A DNA stretch of 64,000 nt from contig JBKJQQ010000241.1 of NCBI GenBank assembly GCA_046593875.1, positions 18,455 to 82,454 of the forward strand, written 5' to 3'. Every line of letters starts with the position of its first letter. The first letter of the stretch is position 1. Below are positions 62,027-64,000 of the stretch, one piece after another. A program made the position numbers and the translations under genes. Under the pieces are notes generated by a model. The model was not told the DNA's origin. It did not search any database and saw only the letters and a list, made by a program, of their open reading frames with translations. The stretch comes from Mycobacteriales bacterium (lineage in GTDB: Bacteria; Actinomycetota; Actinomycetes; Mycobacteriales; SCTD01).

Positions 62027-63758
62027 CGCGCATGCCGCCGATGATGGCGCCGAGCGGCAGCACGTCGTGCGTCTCGGCCTCCTTCCACCACCGGTCGACC
62101 AGCATCGCGAGGCGCTCGGGCTCGGCCTCAGCGAGGTCGTTGAGCTCGTTCCAGTCCTCGTCCAGGTGGTACAGCTCCCAGCGGTCGGCCTCGAAGTCGG
62201 TGACGGAAGCCGCGTCGCCGATCAGCACCAGGATCGGCTCCAGCTCGGGCGCGTGGTGCGTGACGGCCTTCCAGCCGTCCTGCCAGATCGCCCGCTGGCC
62301 GTTCATCTCGAAGTACTGCGTGTCCTTGCGCGACGGCTCGTCGCCGGACCGGAACGTGTAACGCAGGCTGGTGCCCTCCAGCGGCTTCTGCTCCACGCCC
62401 TTCACCGACGCCGGGAGCACGAGCCCGGTGATGTCCAGCATCGTCGGCGTCAGGTCGACGGCATGGTGGAACTGCGTACGGATGCCGCCCGGGTCGGCGA
62501 TCTCGCGCGGCCACCGGACGATCAGGGGCGAGCGCACACCGCCCCCGTGCGTGTCCTGCTTGAAGCGCTTGAGCGGGGTGTTGCTGGCCATGGACCAGCC
62601 GGTGCCGTAGTTGTTGACCCACTGTGCCTCGCCGATGGTGTCGCCGTTCTCGCGCAGCTCGGTCAGCTCGTCCTCCGGCGTCGTGTAGCCGGTGAAGAAG
62701 CGCATCGAGTTCAGCGAACCGACCTCGCCGCCCTCCTGGCTGGCGCCGTTGTCGCTGAAGAGGACGAAGACGGTGTTGTCGAGCTCGCCCATCTCCTCGA
62801 GCGTCGACACCAGCCGGCCCAGGTGCTCGTCTGTGTGCTCAACCATCCCGGCGAACGCCGCCTGCAGCCGGACCATCGACGCGCGGGCGTCCTCGTCGTA
62901 CTCCTCCCAGGCCTTGACGCCGCGGTTGCGCTCAGGAAGTTCGGCGTCGGGCGCGACCAGGCCGAGTTCCTTCTGCCGGGCGAGCCGGTCGGCGCGCGTC
63001 CGGTCCCAGCCCTTCTCGAAGACGGGGACGTACTTGTCGATGTAGCGACGCGGGACGTGGTGCGGGAAGTGCACCGCGCAGAAGGCGACGTAGAGGAAGA
63101 ACGGCTTCTCGGCGTCGCCGTTCTTCTGGTCGCGGACCATGTCGATCGCGTGGTCGACGATGTCCTTGGTGAAGTGGTACTCCGGATCCTCCGGCGTCTC
63201 GATCCACCGGTTGTCCTCGATGAGGTCCGGCTTCCACTGGTTCGTCATTCCGTCGGGCGTGCCGTACCAGCGGTCGAACCCGCGCTGCAACGGCCACTGG
63301 TCGAAGGGCCCCGCGCCGGTGAACTGGTTCATCGGCGTCAGGTGCCACTTGCCGACGCCGAGGGTCGTGTAGCCCTGGCTCTGCGCCATCTCGCCCAGCG
63401 TCGCGGTCGACTTGTGCAGCTCGCCGCGGTAGCCGGGGTAGCCGATGCTGAAGTTCGGCACCATGCCCATGCCGGCGGAGTGGTGGTTGCGGCCGGTCAG
63501 CACCGCCGCCCGCGTCGGGGAGCACAGCGGCGTCACGTGGAAGTTCGTGTACCGCAGTCCCTCCGCCGCGAGTCGGTCCGCGGTCGGCGTGGAGATCTCC
63601 GAGCCGAAGCAGCTGAAGTCGGACCAGCCGAGATCGTCGTAGAGCACGTAGACGACGTTCGGCGCGCCCCGTGGGGCGCGCACCGGCTCGGGCCACGAGG
63701 GCGCCGAGTCAGCGAAGGTCCGGCCGACGGTGCCTGGAACGAGCGCGTCAGAAGCCAT
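61986..63758 (-). CDS. Cys-type arylsulfatase, catalytic portion
   Basis: VVYVLYDDLGWSD and TPLCSPTRAAVLTGRNHH (the C-x-P-x-R FGE target motif), plus GKWHL and LFSDNGAS. I place the start at ATG 63758. The track's GTG 63812 extension uses A/T-ending codons and spans the promoter. Confidence 0.85.
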   Translation of the reverse strand: MASDALVPGTVGRTFADSAPSWPEPVRAPRGAPNVVYVLYDDLGWSDFSCFGSEISTPTADRLAAEGLRYTNFHVTPLCSPTRAAVLTGRNHHSAGMGMVPNFSIGYPGYRGELHKSTATLGEMAQSQGYTTLGVGKWHLTPMNQFTGAGPFDQWPLQRGFDRWYGTPDGMTNQWKPDLIEDNRWIETPEDPEYHFTKDIVDHAIDMVRDQKNGDAEKPFFLYVAFCAVHFPHHVPRRYIDKYVPVFEKGWDRTRADRLARQKELGLVAPDAELPERNRGVKAWEEYDEDARASMVRLQAAFAGMVEHTDEHLGRLVSTLEEMGELDNTVFVLFSDNGASQEGGEVGSLNSMRFFTGYTTPEDELTELRENGDTIGEAQWVNNYGTGWSMASNTPLKRFKQDTHGGGVRSPLIVRWPREIADPGGIRTQFHHAVDLTPTMLDITGLVLPASVKGVEQKPLEGTSLRYTFRSGDEPSRKDTQYFEMNGQRAIWQDGWKAVTHHAPELEPILVLIGDAASVTDFEADRWELYHLDEDWNELNDLAEAEPERLAMLVDRWWKEAETHDVLPLGAIIGGMRGAPMSGRPESTRR

Positions 63759-63764
63759 CTCTGC

Positions 63765-63793
63765 AAAGTAGGAACCTGCAGTCGGTCTGTCAA
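63765..63793 (-). promoter_or_regulatory. sigma-70-type promoter for the sulfatase gene, predicting a leaderless mRNA
   Basis: Minus strand: TTGACA (63793..63788), a 17-nt spacer, TACTTT (63770..63765), 6 nt, then ATG 63758. Confidence 0.5.
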
Positions 63794-63818
63794 TAACTAT
63801 TGGCAGAGACACTGACAG
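63787..63818. promoter_or_regulatory. candidate operator CTGTC-N22-GACAG overlapping the sulfatase -35
   Basis: ctgtc aataactattggcagagacact gacag. It also contains the imperfect palindrome CTGTCAAT-AACT-ATTGGCAG (7 of 8 arm positions complementary). Confidence 0.3.
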
Positions 63819-63835
63819 ATGATAGGACTGACGGC

Positions 63836-64000
63836 ATGCACACCGTCTCCTGCTCGCGCGTGGTCGCAGCAGCCCCGCACGACGTCTGGAACGTGCTGGC
63901 GGACTTCCCCGGGATCAGCCGCTGGGCGAGCTCAGTGGGCCACAGCAGTGCCCTCACCTCCTCGGCCACCGGCTACGGCGCCGTGCGGCGCGTGCAGGTG
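63836..64000 (+). CDS. SRPBCC (polyketide cyclase/dehydrase-like) family protein; the 3' end lies beyond the window
   Basis: ATG 63836 opens a frame that runs to the window edge: MHTVSCSRVVAAAPHDVWNVLADFPGISRWASSV... This is a typical SRPBCC N terminus. Confidence 0.6.
   Translation, partial: MHTVSCSRVVAAAPHDVWNVLADFPGISRWASSVGHSSALTSSATGYGAVRRVQV

Noticed and set aside
63759-63812. GTG 63812 N-terminal extension of the sulfatase ORF
   Set aside because: The 18 extra codons are A/T-ending and contain the TTGACA/TACTTT promoter. ATG 63758 gives a normal sulfatase N terminus.
1-64000. Search for CRISPR arrays, tRNA/rRNA genes, transposases, integrases, prophage or toxin-antitoxin modules
   Set aside because: None was found. 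All intergenic gaps are short (394 nt or less). The only tandem repeats are in-frame coding triplet or 12-nt repeats.

Overview
This is a very GC-rich, actinobacterial-type chromosomal segment, densely coding on both strands. I call about 65 protein genes. I found no rRNA or tRNA genes, no CRISPR array, and no transposase, integrase or phage genes. Many long ORFs in the supplied track are antisense artefacts of the high GC content. I chose the strand by recognisable protein motifs and refined starts by frame arithmetic plus RBS or stop-start overlaps.

nt 1-33,400 hold mostly housekeeping and envelope genes:
- gcvP (3' part) and a chorismate-binding enzyme
- an HTTM-like/HAD membrane operon
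- CAP, LPXTG, M15-like and NlpC/P60 secreted proteins
- fprA, and a GDT1/UPF0016 exporter behind a probable yybP-ykoY Mn riboswitch
- rbpA, fxsA, ppm1-lnt, and lat-pcd lysine catabolism
- a TPP-enzyme/CoA-transferase pair, Lrp plus acyl-CoA dehydrogenase
- a 5'-3' exonuclease, dus, maf, helY and tatC-tatA

nt 34,186-51,436 hold the Pup-system genes pafC-pafB and pafA. They are separated by about 14 kb of second-messenger signalling genes. That block contains a DUF3866 / adenylate cyclase / GAF-GGDEF-GAF-EAL operon. It runs convergent to a tightly coupled nine-gene chemosensory operon (MCP-CheA-CheW-CheY-CheB-CheR-CheX-REC-GGDEF-PAS-GGDEF). This is a Wsp-like chemosensory-to-c-di-GMP module and is the most interesting system in the window.

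nt 51,831-64,000 look accessory:
- a TetR-FGE-TetR operon
- a large solute-binding protein plus a single 1251-aa polypeptide fusing both permeases and both ATPases of a Liv-type ABC importer
- DedA
- a Cys-type arylsulfatase split into two out-of-frame ORFs
- the start of an SRPBCC gene

Several AT-rich intergenic islands carry promoter- or operator-like elements, including probable leaderless promoters.
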